Below, one piece after another: positions 42,336 through 52,186 of a stretch of 64,000 nt of DNA (position 1 is the first letter of the stretch; every line of letters starts with the position of its first letter). A program made the position numbers and the translations under genes. The notes under the pieces are model-generated. The model saw nothing but the letters and a program-made list of their open reading frames with translations. It ran no database searches and was not told the DNA's origin. The DNA comes from Bdellovibrionota bacterium (GTDB lineage: Bacteria > Bdellovibrionota_C > UBA2361 > CAKMMH01), in contig JBMNLI010000017.1 of NCBI GenBank assembly GCA_050952645.1, positions 160,001 through 224,000 on the forward strand, given 5' to 3'.

Positions 42336-42362
42336 TTATCGGTATATAAGAAAAAACATTTA
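42336..42362 (-). promoter_or_regulatory. Sigma28 (FliA)-type promoter
   Basis: TAAA-N15-ACCGATAA versus consensus TAAA-N15-GCCGATAA. Confidence 0.6.
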
Positions 42363-42389
42363 TAATTTGAAGCTTTTTAATAAAAATTT

Positions 42390-42974
42390 TTAAAAGGCTA
42401 ATAAGTATAGGATGATTGTAGCTAATAATAAACCTATGCCTAATACTAATAATAGATCTATTTTACTAAAAAAACGCACCTTAACTATTTGAGAAAACGG
42501 ACCATTTTCTAATTTTTTAAAATATTCTTCTTTCGCTTTTTCAAACTTACTTTTTCTTTTTTCCTCTAACTCTCTAAAATAATTACTACCATCTTCAGTG
42601 CTACATAAAGTCGCTTCACGTTCTCTACTAGAATTTCTAATGCTAAAATCTATCGCCTTTTTCTTTAACATATCTTGAAAATAATCATCAACGGTCTCCT
42701 CCTCACTCCAATCCCTAAAGCTTACTAACGTGCTATCGTATTCTTTTCTTTTCTGGTCGTCAGTTAACACATTGAAAGCATTAGTGATTATTTGAAAATC
42801 TTTTAAGCTATCTTCACTTTCTTGTCTTGAACCTAAAATTTCATTAAAAAAATTAGAATCTGGGTGATATATAAGCGCAATATTTTTATAGGCTTTTTTT
42901 ATAGCCTCCTTACTAGCATTATTAGTAACGCCTAAAATTTCATAATAATTTTTACCTTCAAATTTACTAGACAT
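42390..42974 (-). CDS. DnaJ-domain protein with C-terminal TM anchor
   Basis: NYYEILGV..IKKAY..YHPD..F..I..AF.VLTD..RKEYD; start refined to ATG 42974. Confidence 0.85.
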   Translation of the reverse strand: MSSKFEGKNYYEILGVTNNASKEAIKKAYKNIALIYHPDSNFFNEILGSRQESEDSLKDFQIITNAFNVLTDDQKRKEYDSTLVSFRDWSEEETVDDYFQDMLKKKAIDFSIRNSSREREATLCSTEDGSNYFRELEEKRKSKFEKAKEEYFKKLENGPFSQIVKVRFFSKIDLLLVLGIGLLLATIILYLLAF

Positions 42975-43146
42975 ATAAAAATACCGATATCTTTTTATAA
43001 ACAAACTTATTGCTTCTTAAATATAACTTCGACATAATATACTTTTAACTTTATTAAAAAATATACTCATTTTTACAAAGAAGTATAAAAGATTAATAAT
43101 AAATGACTAACAATAAAAAAAAACTAACAATAAAAAAACTAACAAA

Positions 43147-45504
43147 ATGACTACATTATCAAACCTACAAGTAGGAAAATCTGCATACATAACTAAAATC
43201 GATTGCTCAGATAAACTCTTAAGAAGAAGAATCTTGCATATGGGATTAACACCTAAGGTAGAGGTAAAACTCGTTAAAAAAGCGCCTTTAGGAGACCCTT
43301 TACAAGTGCTTGTTAGAGGCTACGAGCTTACTATAAGGAAAGATGATGCAGAAAAAATCTTGATAGACGATATACACGATGATTATAAGTGGAATACTAC
43401 TAATTACAAAAAAGGAGCTACTAAAGAAATCGAGCACCCTAAAAAAGGCGAGTCCTCCTTAAGCGATGCTTCAAATATTAATTGCATAGCGGGAAGTTTT
43501 AATTTTGCACTAGTAGGCAACCAAAACTCTGGAAAAACTACTCTATTTAATGAGCTAACTAAAAGCAATCAACACGTAGGTAATTTCCCTGGGGTTACTG
43601 TAGAAAGAAAAGAAGGTGCTGTAAAAAGATATCCTAATATTACCATTACGGATCTTCCAGGGGTTTATACCTTATCGCCTTTTAGCAATGAAGAAATAGT
43701 AACGAGAAATTATTTAATAAACTCCACTCCAGATTTAATAATAAATATTATCGATGCTACTAACATAGAGAGAAATTTATTTTTAACACTAGAGCTAATG
43801 GAACTACAAATCCCAATGGTTATAGCGTTAAATATGATGGATGAGATAGTTAGTAATCGTGGGAAAATAGATATAAACGGCTTAGAACGAGATTTAGGAA
43901 TTCCAGTCGTGCCTATATCTGCTAGCAAGAGAGAGGGACTAGAAGAACTTCTCGAGCACTCTGTAAATATCGCAGTTAAAAAAGAGTTGCCTAAAAAGCT
44001 AGATTTTTGCAGGAATGATAATGAGAAAAATATCGTGCATAAATGCGTTCACTCAATTATGCATCTGCTTGAAAACAGGACAAAACAAAGGAATCTTCCT
44101 GTAAGGTTTGCAGCTACTAAAATTATAGAAAACGACCCCTTTATTTTAAAAGCTTTAGACTTAGACGCAAATACTCTTGAAAATTGCAAGCAAATCGTTT
44201 TACAAATGGAAGAGGAAAAAAAATTAGAAAAAGATGCAATCCTTGCAGATATGAGGTTTTCATTTATCGAAGAGCTATGTAAAGATTACGTTTGTAAACC
44301 TTGTGAAACTAAGGAGCATAAACTATCTACTAAATTAGATAAGATTTTAACTGGGCGCTATAGTGCAATCCCTATGTTTTTAGGAATTTTATCTATTATC
44401 TTTTATCTTACCTTTGGGCCTTTAGGTGGTTTTTTAGCAAAGTTAATGCAATTTGTTATAGATAAAATTACTAATATAACCGACATTACCCTTACTAATT
44501 ATGGGCTTAACGCATCCGTTCATTCACTTATTATAGATGGTGTATTTGCAGGAGTTGGAAGCGTTTTAATATTCCTACCTACCATTATAGTTTTATTTTT
44601 CTTTTTATCTATTCTAGAAGACACTGGCTACATGGCTAGGGTTGCTTTTGTGATGGATAAAATTTTAAGAAAGATAGGACTTTCAGGAAGAAGTTTCGTT
44701 CCTATGATACTTGGCTTTGGGTGCTCAGTTCCGGCCATTATGGCAACTAGAACTTTACCATCTGAAAGAGATAGAAAGATAACGATTTTCTTAACTCCAT
44801 TTATGAGTTGCTCTGCAAAACTTCCCATTTACGTTTTATTTACAGCAGTCTTTTTTAAGGAATATCAAGTCTTAGTAATTATTAGTCTATATCTTTTAGG
44901 AATTTTCGTAGGGATAATCGCTGCGCTACTTTTAAAAATTTTAGTATTTAAGGGAGAGCCAGTGCCATTTGTTATGGAGCTTCCTAATTATAGGCTGCCT
45001 ACTGCTACTAACATTTACAAGCTAATATGGAAAAAAGCGAAAGGATTTATAACTAAAGCTTTTAGTATTATTTTTATTGCTACCATAGTGATTTGGTTTT
45101 TGCAAAATTTTGATACACGTTTAAATTTAGTTAAAGATGCTCAAAATAGCTTGCTAGCATTATTAGGAAATATTTTTCTTCCTATATTTAAACCATTAGG
45201 AATGAACGATTGGAGGATAGGCACATCGCTAATTACAGGACTTATAGCTAAAGAAAGTGTTATAAGCACATTTTCAGTATTACTAAACGGTGATATATCA
45301 AAACTTTCTACTCTTTTTAATAATCTTACGGCTTTCGTATTTTTAACTTTCTCGCTATTATACACGCCTTGCGTAGCAACTATTGCGATAACAAAACAAG
45401 AGTTAGGAAAAAAGCATGCTCTATTTATCGCTTTTTTTCAATGTGCAGTAGCGTGGATAGTATCATTTATAATATACGAGTTAGGACTTATATTTATGCG
45501 ATAG
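43147..45504 (+). CDS. feoB: Ferrous iron transporter, FeoA-FeoB fusion
   Basis: FeoA (RRRILHMGL, APLGDP) fused to GTPase GNQNSGKT, VGNFPGVTV, DLPG and membrane domain PFMSCSAKLP. Confidence 0.95.
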   Translation: MTTLSNLQVGKSAYITKIDCSDKLLRRRILHMGLTPKVEVKLVKKAPLGDPLQVLVRGYELTIRKDDAEKILIDDIHDDYKWNTTNYKKGATKEIEHPKKGESSLSDASNINCIAGSFNFALVGNQNSGKTTLFNELTKSNQHVGNFPGVTVERKEGAVKRYPNITITDLPGVYTLSPFSNEEIVTRNYLINSTPDLIINIIDATNIERNLFLTLELMELQIPMVIALNMMDEIVSNRGKIDINGLERDLGIPVVPISASKREGLEELLEHSVNIAVKKELPKKLDFCRNDNEKNIVHKCVHSIMHLLENRTKQRNLPVRFAATKIIENDPFILKALDLDANTLENCKQIVLQMEEEKKLEKDAILADMRFSFIEELCKDYVCKPCETKEHKLSTKLDKILTGRYSAIPMFLGILSIIFYLTFGPLGGFLAKLMQFVIDKITNITDITLTNYGLNASVHSLIIDGVFAGVGSVLIFLPTIIVLFFFLSILEDTGYMARVAFVMDKILRKIGLSGRSFVPMILGFGCSVPAIMATRTLPSERDRKITIFLTPFMSCSAKLPIYVLFTAVFFKEYQVLVIISLYLLGIFVGIIAALLLKILVFKGEPVPFVMELPNYRLPTATNIYKLIWKKAKGFITKAFSIIFIATIVIWFLQNFDTRLNLVKDAQNSLLALLGNIFLPIFKPLGMNDWRIGTSLITGLIAKESVISTFSVLLNGDISKLSTLFNNLTAFVFLTFSLLYTPCVATIAITKQELGKKHALFIAFFQCAVAWIVSFIIYELGLIFMR

Positions 45505-46732
45505 CTTTAGTTTCTCCTAATGACTCCTCTTTACTAATTTCTTTATTAGCTTCTCTACTAGCTTCTTTACTAATTTCTTTACTAGCATCTTTACTAGCAT
45601 CTTTACTAGGTCTTTCGATTTCTTTACCCGTCAACTCACTATAAACATCTAAAACTTTTAAAATTACATTTTCTATTTTATATTTTTCTAACCTTTTTTC
45701 ATTTAATTTATAATTTATTCCACTTTCAAAAGAAAGTTGCAAAAAGTTTTTTATCACTTCAAAAAAATCTTCTTTAGACATGCTTTTAGCACAAAAATCA
45801 TTATTAGATAAAAGCTCGCATATCGCAGGAACTGGTCTACAAATAAAAGGAACTCCTAAAGATTGAGCATCGATAGCAGGAATATAAAACCCCTCTGCAA
45901 GAGATGGAACTAACATAGCTTTAGCATTTAAAATAAGCAAGGTAAGCCTTTTATTAGACACTGCCCCTAAAACTTTTATATTTTCCGAAATATCAAAATT
46001 TTTTATCTCTCCGCTTTCTAGCAATCTTTGAATGCCGTATCCTACTAAAACTAACTTTGGTAAATTTTGTTTAGAGAATCTTTCTTCTAGCTTCTTATAC
46101 GCCCATAAAAGGTCTTCTAGTCCTTTGTGTGGCATCGTATTAGAAAAAACTGAAATCAAGTAATTAAAAGGAAACTCAGCTTTGCTTTGCATCTCATCTT
46201 CATTTACGCTTCTTAACGATACTGCATTTGGCACTACTACTATTTTATCTTGATTTTCGTTTGCATACTTAAAATTTTTTATTAAAGCGCTTTTAGAAGC
46301 CTCGCTTACTGTAATAATTTTTGAAGCTCTTTTTAAAGTCGAGTTTATCCAAATTTTAGCTATAAACGGATAATAAAATTTTCTTGGATGCGTTATATGG
46401 ATAATATCATGCACTGTAGCTACGCTTGGAATACTTATTTTAAAAGGCAAAGTGTAATGTGGAGTATGGAAAATATCGTAATTTGAAAAATCTATTTTTT
46501 TTGATACTCTAAAACTTTCTTTAAAAGAATACGGCTTAGAGTTATCTTCAATTAAATTTACTAAATTACTCCAAGCATACTTTCCTATTTTTTCTTTATC
46601 ACCTAGAAGCGAAACCTCAATACCATGGCTCATTAATAGCCCTTCTATTAAATTCCTAAGTGAAGCTCCTATGCCTCCATCATCTATTTTTTTTGCATCG
46701 ATTAGCACTTTAAATTTATTTACATTAGACAT
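45494..46732 (-). CDS. GT4 glycosyltransferase
   Basis: GGIG, TVHDI, ITVSE, PHKG, PSLAEGF. Confidence 0.85.
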   Translation of the reverse strand: MSNVNKFKVLIDAKKIDDGGIGASLRNLIEGLLMSHGIEVSLLGDKEKIGKYAWSNLVNLIEDNSKPYSFKESFRVSKKIDFSNYDIFHTPHYTLPFKISIPSVATVHDIIHITHPRKFYYPFIAKIWINSTLKRASKIITVSEASKSALIKNFKYANENQDKIVVVPNAVSLRSVNEDEMQSKAEFPFNYLISVFSNTMPHKGLEDLLWAYKKLEERFSKQNLPKLVLVGYGIQRLLESGEIKNFDISENIKVLGAVSNKRLTLLILNAKAMLVPSLAEGFYIPAIDAQSLGVPFICRPVPAICELLSNNDFCAKSMSKEDFFEVIKNFLQLSFESGINYKLNEKRLEKYKIENVILKVLDVYSELTGKEIERPSKDASKDASKEISKEASREANKEISKEESLGETKAIA

Positions 46733-46867
46733 ACGTATACTTTTTTAGAAAAAAAATCCTTTTCCGATTTTACTTTAGGAGAAAAGTATGATTTTTACTC
46801 ATCATATTTTTATCATCTTTTTTGTCATCTTAAAATTCTTAAAATTTAAAAAAACTACTATTAAAAT

Positions 46868-46974
46868 ACTTCTTAACTTTTAATGCCTTTGCTTCAGATT
46901 AAATTAGTATCACCAACTTAGCAAAGCCTAAAAAAAAACGATTTTTCTAACCCATCTTAAAACGTCAAAGAGCC
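46868..46974. mobile_element. ISL3-like MITE, degenerate copy
   Basis: AAATTAGTATCAC..AAGCC.AAAAAA..ATTTTTCTAACCCA..TAAAACGT.AAGAGCC aligns with copies 1 and 2; left end approximate. Confidence 0.6.
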
Positions 46975-46975
46975 A

Positions 46976-47941
46976 TTAAATTCCTCCTTTAGGAGCATAA
47001 TTAAAAACATTTCTAATTCTATAAATCTTCTTATCTTGCGACTCGTAATAAGTCCTTACTTGCATTTCTGCTATTATACCAAACACTATAAATTGAATGC
47101 CTATAATTGCGAGCATTACCGCTATTGAAAGAAGCGGTCTATTCCCCATTGGGATATGCATATAAAATCTTTGGAATGTTAAATAGATAAATAGTATAAA
47201 ACTAAATAACTCAGAGATTAACCCTAAAAGTCCAAACAGGTGGATAGGCCTTTTTGAATAACCTAGCAAAAATTTTACTAAGATTAAATCTAAAAACACT
47301 CTAGTAGCTTTAGACAATCCGTATTTAGACTTCCCATACTTTCTTTCTCTATGATTAACGGGAACTTCAACTATTTTTGCCCCCATTTCGTTTGCTAGCG
47401 CCGCTATAAATCTATGCATCTCGCCATAAAGCTTTATTCCTCTTGCAACCTCTCCCGTCATAACTTTTAATGTGCATCCGTTATCGTGTAGGTAAACTCC
47501 AGTGATTTTTGCTATTATTTTATTTCCTATTTTACTAGGGAGCGTAACCGTTAATTTTTTATCTTGTCTTTTCTTTCTCCAACCTGCCACTAAATCATAG
47601 CCCTCTTCTAGCTTTTCAACCATCATCGGAATTTCATTCGGGTCGTTTTGCAAATCTCCGTCCATAGGGATAACTATATCTCCCCTACTATTTTCAAACC
47701 CTGCTGCCATAGCGGCAGTTTGCCCAAAGTTTCTTCTAAACTCTATTATTACTAGGCGAAAATCATCTTTTGCACATTCCTTTAGCACTTTTAACGTTTC
47801 ATCTTTAGAGCCATCATCTATAAAAATAATCTCATAAGGACGCCCCATTTTTTCTAAAACTTTTTTTACCTCAGTGTAGCATTCCTTGACGCTTTCCTCT
47901 TCGTTATAAACGGGTATTACTACAGATATACTTTGTTGCAT
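46976..47941 (-). CDS. GT2 glycosyltransferase, ArnC/GtrB-like
   Basis: VIPVYNEE, DDGSKD, RNFGQTAA, DGDLQNDP, two C-terminal TMs. Confidence 0.9.
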   Translation of the reverse strand: MQQSISVVIPVYNEEESVKECYTEVKKVLEKMGRPYEIIFIDDGSKDETLKVLKECAKDDFRLVIIEFRRNFGQTAAMAAGFENSRGDIVIPMDGDLQNDPNEIPMMVEKLEEGYDLVAGWRKKRQDKKLTVTLPSKIGNKIIAKITGVYLHDNGCTLKVMTGEVARGIKLYGEMHRFIAALANEMGAKIVEVPVNHRERKYGKSKYGLSKATRVFLDLILVKFLLGYSKRPIHLFGLLGLISELFSFILFIYLTFQRFYMHIPMGNRPLLSIAVMLAIIGIQFIVFGIIAEMQVRTYYESQDKKIYRIRNVFNYAPKGGI

Positions 47942-48217
47942 AAATAAATTTCCTAACTAAACTAAAAAATGACACTCTTTAAATTATACTTTAAAAAACT
48001 AAATTATAAAAGTTTTGAAAGCCTTATCTTATATAATTTTCTAACTCGTTTAAAATATTAACAAAATCCTTTTAATTTTAACAAACTTCTTGCATAATAG
48101 GAGTATTAGCTAGGAAAAAGGTCTTTTTATTTAAATTTTAAATTTTAAGCGTAATGCTAATAAGAGATAAAGCCATATTAAAACGCATAAAGAGCTTATT
48201 TTTTATATTGAAATATT

Positions 48218-48880
48218 ATGAAAAAAACTATTATCGCACCATCTATATTAGCTAGCAATTTAAGAAATTTTGAAGATGATATTTTATCCGTTATAGATAG
48301 TGGTGCCGATTGGCTCCACGTCGATATTATGGACGGCAGTTTCGTTCCTAGAATTACGTTTGGAGATAATATCGTAAAAGCTTTAAGAGAGTTTACGGAT
48401 ATATTTTTAGATGTTCACTTAATGGTTTCAAATCCTATGAAACTAATAGAAGCTTTTTATAATAGCAATGTCGATCAAATCACTATACATAAAGAAAGTT
48501 TTGATGATGATAAAAAGCTTTTAGATGCTATAGATTATATAAAATCATTAAATTTAAAATGCGGCCTTTCTATAAAGCCTGACACTCCTATAAGTGAAAT
48601 AGAAAATTTTTTAGAAAAACTAGACTTAGTCCTCGTTATGTCGGTAGAACCTGGGTTTGGGGGGCAAGAGTTTTTGGTCTCGTCACTAGAAAAAATAGCT
48701 TATTTAAAAAAAGTTATTAATAATTTAAAATTAAGTTGTTTGATTGAAGTAGATGGTGGGATAAATAAAGAAACCTCTAAACTTTGCATAGAGGCTGGGG
48801 CAGATGCATTAGTTGCAGGCACATTTGTTTTTAAATCTAGCGATAGAAAGTCGGCAATTAGAGCATTGCGTAATTTGTAG
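48218..48880 (+). CDS. rpe: Ribulose-phosphate 3-epimerase
   Basis: APSIL, HVDIMDG, DVHLM, MSVEPGFGGQ, VDGG. Confidence 0.97.
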   Translation: MKKTIIAPSILASNLRNFEDDILSVIDSGADWLHVDIMDGSFVPRITFGDNIVKALREFTDIFLDVHLMVSNPMKLIEAFYNSNVDQITIHKESFDDDKKLLDAIDYIKSLNLKCGLSIKPDTPISEIENFLEKLDLVLVMSVEPGFGGQEFLVSSLEKIAYLKKVINNLKLSCLIEVDGGINKETSKLCIEAGADALVAGTFVFKSSDRKSAIRALRNL

Positions 48881-48960
48881 CAATTTATCATAACAATTTT
48901 TAGTAGCAATTTTTTATAGCAATTTTTAGTAATTTATAAATTCTTTATAGGATTTTATAT

Positions 48961-49563
48961 ATGGATATATTATTAAATATTTTAAGACTAATTCCTTTTT
49001 ATTTAATAGGTGCATTTCCTACGGGACTTATAATCGCAAAAATAAATGGCATAGACATAACCGTAGCTGGTAGCGGAAACGTTGGTGCTACTAATTTAGC
49101 TAGAACCATAGGAAAGAAAGCTGGAATTTACACTCTTCTTGGCGACTTAGGAAAAGGCGTTATATCGGTCTTGCTATGTTATTTTTTTATTTCTAAGGAC
49201 TTAGAGATGCTAACCTTAGTAGCGCTCGCAACCGTTTTAGGACATTGTTTTTCACTCCCAAAATTAAAGGGAGGCAAAGGCGTTGCTACAACATTTGGAG
49301 TTATACTCGTTATAGACCCTAAAATTGCCTTAGGATTGCTTCTTATCTTTATTACGATTTTTGCTATTTTTAGGATTGTATCTTTATCATCTATTACTGC
49401 CGCTTTATTCTTACCTATTTTATTTTTACTATCTTACGAAGGAAAAGAAAATAGCATACATTATATAACGTTTATAAGCACCGTCGTTATTTTAAGGCAT
49501 GCTGTAAATATAAAACGTTTATTAAAAGGTGAAGAGAAAAAATTTAGCTTTAAAAAGAAATAA
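48961..49563 (+). CDS. plsY: Glycerol-3-phosphate acyltransferase
   Basis: GSGNVGATN, GH..GGKGVAT, H..NIKRL. Confidence 0.95.
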   Translation: MDILLNILRLIPFYLIGAFPTGLIIAKINGIDITVAGSGNVGATNLARTIGKKAGIYTLLGDLGKGVISVLLCYFFISKDLEMLTLVALATVLGHCFSLPKLKGGKGVATTFGVILVIDPKIALGLLLIFITIFAIFRIVSLSSITAALFLPILFLLSYEGKENSIHYITFISTVVILRHAVNIKRLLKGEEKKFSFKKK

Positions 49564-49841
49564 AATATTAAAGAAGTTTTTTTATTTTTTTAAAAAGAAT
49601 AGCTCTTCTTGTTTAATATAAAACCATATATAATTTATCTCTAAAATTTACTCTATAAATTTACCATATAAATTTACCATATAAATTTAGAAGCATTTTA
49701 GTAAAAAGTCTCGATACTATTTTTAGTTATCGTCTCGGCTGTTTATGTATCGATGCTACGTATGGCATTGAGAAACACAAGAGAATGTTTTGCTATTTAG
49801 CTTTTTAAAAAGCTAGTAGCTATAGATGGAAGGAGGACAAT

Positions 49842-50396
49842 ATGTCCTTTTTAAAACGATTTTGGAACTCCTTAGGGGAGCTCTTTGATTGGTTTGCAAT
49901 TGCTTGCTTTGCCTTGTTAGTAGTGTTTGCGTTTGCGCAAAATACTGAGATTGAGAGACTCGAAGGCCAAGTGGCACTTTCTGAATACGCAATTGCGTTA
50001 CATGGGTACACTGCGGCTCTGAAAAGCGAATTAGCATTTTACGACAAGCTTGCCGAATTGGCTAGGGAGTACAATGAAGTTGGAGAGGAAGCCGACGCAG
50101 CGGTAGGACGCCTTCGCAAACGCCTAGATGAAATCGAAGCAAGAAAGCAAGCTGCCAGCGAGCAAGGTTTGCAAGAAGCAGCACCGCAACAAGCGACAAT
50201 GCCAGAAGCGACAACGCCAGAGGCACCGCAACAAGCGACAACGCCGAAAGCAAAATCGCCTGAAGCACCGCAGGAAGCGGAAGCGCCAGAAACGGAAGCG
50301 CCGAAAGCAAAATCGCCAAATGCGACATCGCAAGCATTGCAAAACTCGCAAAAAAAGTCTGGCATCACAGTAAGGTACTACGAGCAGCACCCTTAA
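49842..50396 (+). CDS. Hypothetical membrane-anchored coiled-coil protein with Ala/Pro/Gln pentapeptide repeats
   Basis: AGGAGG RBS, hydrophobic N-terminal segment, coiled coil, 15-nt repeat units; terminator downstream. Confidence 0.7.
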   Translation: MSFLKRFWNSLGELFDWFAIACFALLVVFAFAQNTEIERLEGQVALSEYAIALHGYTAALKSELAFYDKLAELAREYNEVGEEADAAVGRLRKRLDEIEARKQAASEQGLQEAAPQQATMPEATTPEAPQQATTPKAKSPEAPQEAEAPETEAPKAKSPNATSQALQNSQKKSGITVRYYEQHP

Positions 50397-50466
50397 GTCG
50401 TTTAGAAGGTTCTAGGTCTTTTTTTAAGACCTTTTAGGTTCCTTCTAGAGACGCTAGCGACCACTA

Positions 50467-50500
50467 AGGAAGCTCTCTTTTTTGAGGGCTTCTTTCTTTT
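50467..50500 (+). terminator. Rho-independent terminator
   Basis: GAAGCTCTC/GAGGGCTTC stem followed by TTTCTTTT. Confidence 0.65.
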
Positions 50501-50604
50501 TATCTTTTAAAAATCTTCTCTGTCCCTCTTTTTATTTCTTATTTTTTATCCTAAACTTTTTTTATTCTAAACCCTACTCTCATTTTGCTTATGTTATATT
50601 TTTT

Positions 50605-50880
50605 GGTTCTTCACGTTTTAGGTGGGTTAGAGTCTATCTTCTAATTTAAATTGACAAAATTATTTTACAAAACTGTTGTTGTTTTATTAAAATAATAGTT
50701 AATTTTATTGGTAAAATAAATATTAGAGTTGTTAGGAAAAGTTATCCATAACTGATAGCTTGGCCCCAGCAATAAAAAGCTAAAGGTCAAGCTGTCAGGC
50801 TGTGGATAACTTTCACAAAGACTCCATTAAACAGAATGGCGTTTTGTTTCTCTAGGGGGCCATTTAAAACGTGAAGAGCT
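50605..50880. mobile_element. Long (276 bp) variant of the ISL3-like MITE with internal hairpin
   Basis: GGTTCTTCACGTTTTAGGTGGGTTAG left end and TTAAAACGTGAAGAGCT right end; internal stem 50736-50814. Confidence 0.6.
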
Positions 50881-50951
50881 AAAAGTTTGGGTTTTATCTT
50901 AGGAATATCAACAAAGCTCTGTAATAGAACTAAAATTTTTAGCTAAAAAGA

Positions 50952-52097
50952 TTACTCAAAAATACAAGGAATAATTATCCTAACCGTAGTTCCTCCTAAG
51001 TCTCTATTTTGAATTTCTAGACTACCCCCATGAGCTTTTATATACTCATCGCAAATAAACAACCCTACCCCTAAGCCTTGTTGTTCTTCTATTTCCCTAT
51101 CTATTTGTGTAAATAATTTTAAAGCACTTTGCGCTTTCTTATCATCAAAACCTATTCCTCTATCTTTAATTTCGATAACCGCATTATTTAATTCCTTAAG
51201 TAAATCTATTTCTATCTTAATTTCACCATTAGAAGAAAGCAAACTCGAAAACTTAACTGCATTTTCTAACACACGCTCTATCACATCTTTAAAATATACA
51301 TCATAAATATGCACATTTACGCCACAGCTACAATCTATTATTTCGATATCTATATTTATTTTATTTTCGAGATTATTTTTAAAATCACTTACTATATCAT
51401 TTACTAAATCTTTTAAATTATATTTTTTAGATTTTTTTTCTATCTCTTTTTTATGAATTCCTATTTCGAGTTGTTGCAAAGTTAAAAAATTAGCTATCAA
51501 TCTTTCTAATCTTTCGCTTCCTTCAACCATTGAATCTAAAAGCTTACTTATTTTTGTATCATCAAAAGAGTTTCTTCTATCTATTAAAAGCTGAGAAGTG
51601 CTTTGAATAGCGTAAAGTGGTGTTCTAAACTCGTGCGACATAGTGTGTAAAATTCTTTTCTTATTTTTCTCTAAATCTTTTTCTATCGAACATCTTAAAT
51701 CGTTTACTTTTTTTAACTTGCCTTTCGTTATTGAAATAATCTCATCTGCGTTATACGGTTTTATTATTATATCATCTACGCCTAACTCTCTTAATTTATT
51801 TAACTCATCTTTATCATCTAGAGAGGTGAGCACTACTATTTGCATATCATAGTAATCTTCAGAAGATTTAACACTCTCACAAAACTTAAAACCATCTAAA
51901 ACGGGCATTAGCAAATCGCAAAATACCAAATCAAACCTTTCCTCTTTAATAAGTTCTAAAGCCATTTGCCCATTATTTGCGCAAGTTATAGATACATCTA
52001 AAGTGCTAAGCAGTTTTTTTAAACTATCTTGAACTAAAAAATTATCATCTATTAGTAATATGGACGGTTTATTATTTAACAAAATATTTTCCCTCAA
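50952..52097 (-). CDS. Hybrid response regulator / histidine kinase
   Basis: Receiver DLLMPVLDG; SHEFRTPL; ENAVKF, DRGIG, GLGVGL. Confidence 0.92.
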   Translation of the reverse strand: MRENILLNNKPSILLIDDNFLVQDSLKKLLSTLDVSITCANNGQMALELIKEERFDLVFCDLLMPVLDGFKFCESVKSSEDYYDMQIVVLTSLDDKDELNKLRELGVDDIIIKPYNADEIISITKGKLKKVNDLRCSIEKDLEKNKKRILHTMSHEFRTPLYAIQSTSQLLIDRRNSFDDTKISKLLDSMVEGSERLERLIANFLTLQQLEIGIHKKEIEKKSKKYNLKDLVNDIVSDFKNNLENKINIDIEIIDCSCGVNVHIYDVYFKDVIERVLENAVKFSSLLSSNGEIKIEIDLLKELNNAVIEIKDRGIGFDDKKAQSALKLFTQIDREIEEQQGLGVGLFICDEYIKAHGGSLEIQNRDLGGTTVRIIIPCIFE

Positions 52098-52186
52098 GTA
52101 TAATATAATTTAAGATATAAACTATTATATGCTTTTAAAGTCGGAAAATATAAGTAAAATCTTAAGGTGAAAGCCCCCTCACAGAA

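Noticed and set aside
49813..50390. Multiple overlapping ORFs, or an i-spanin/o-spanin pair, at the GC-rich gene
   Set aside because: Shadow ORFs from repetitive GC-rich codons; the embedded + frame ORF has no lipobox and there are no phage genes nearby
50736..50814. oriC
   Set aside because: Only two DnaA-box matches, inside a MITE-bounded hairpin, with no dnaA/dnaN/gidA context
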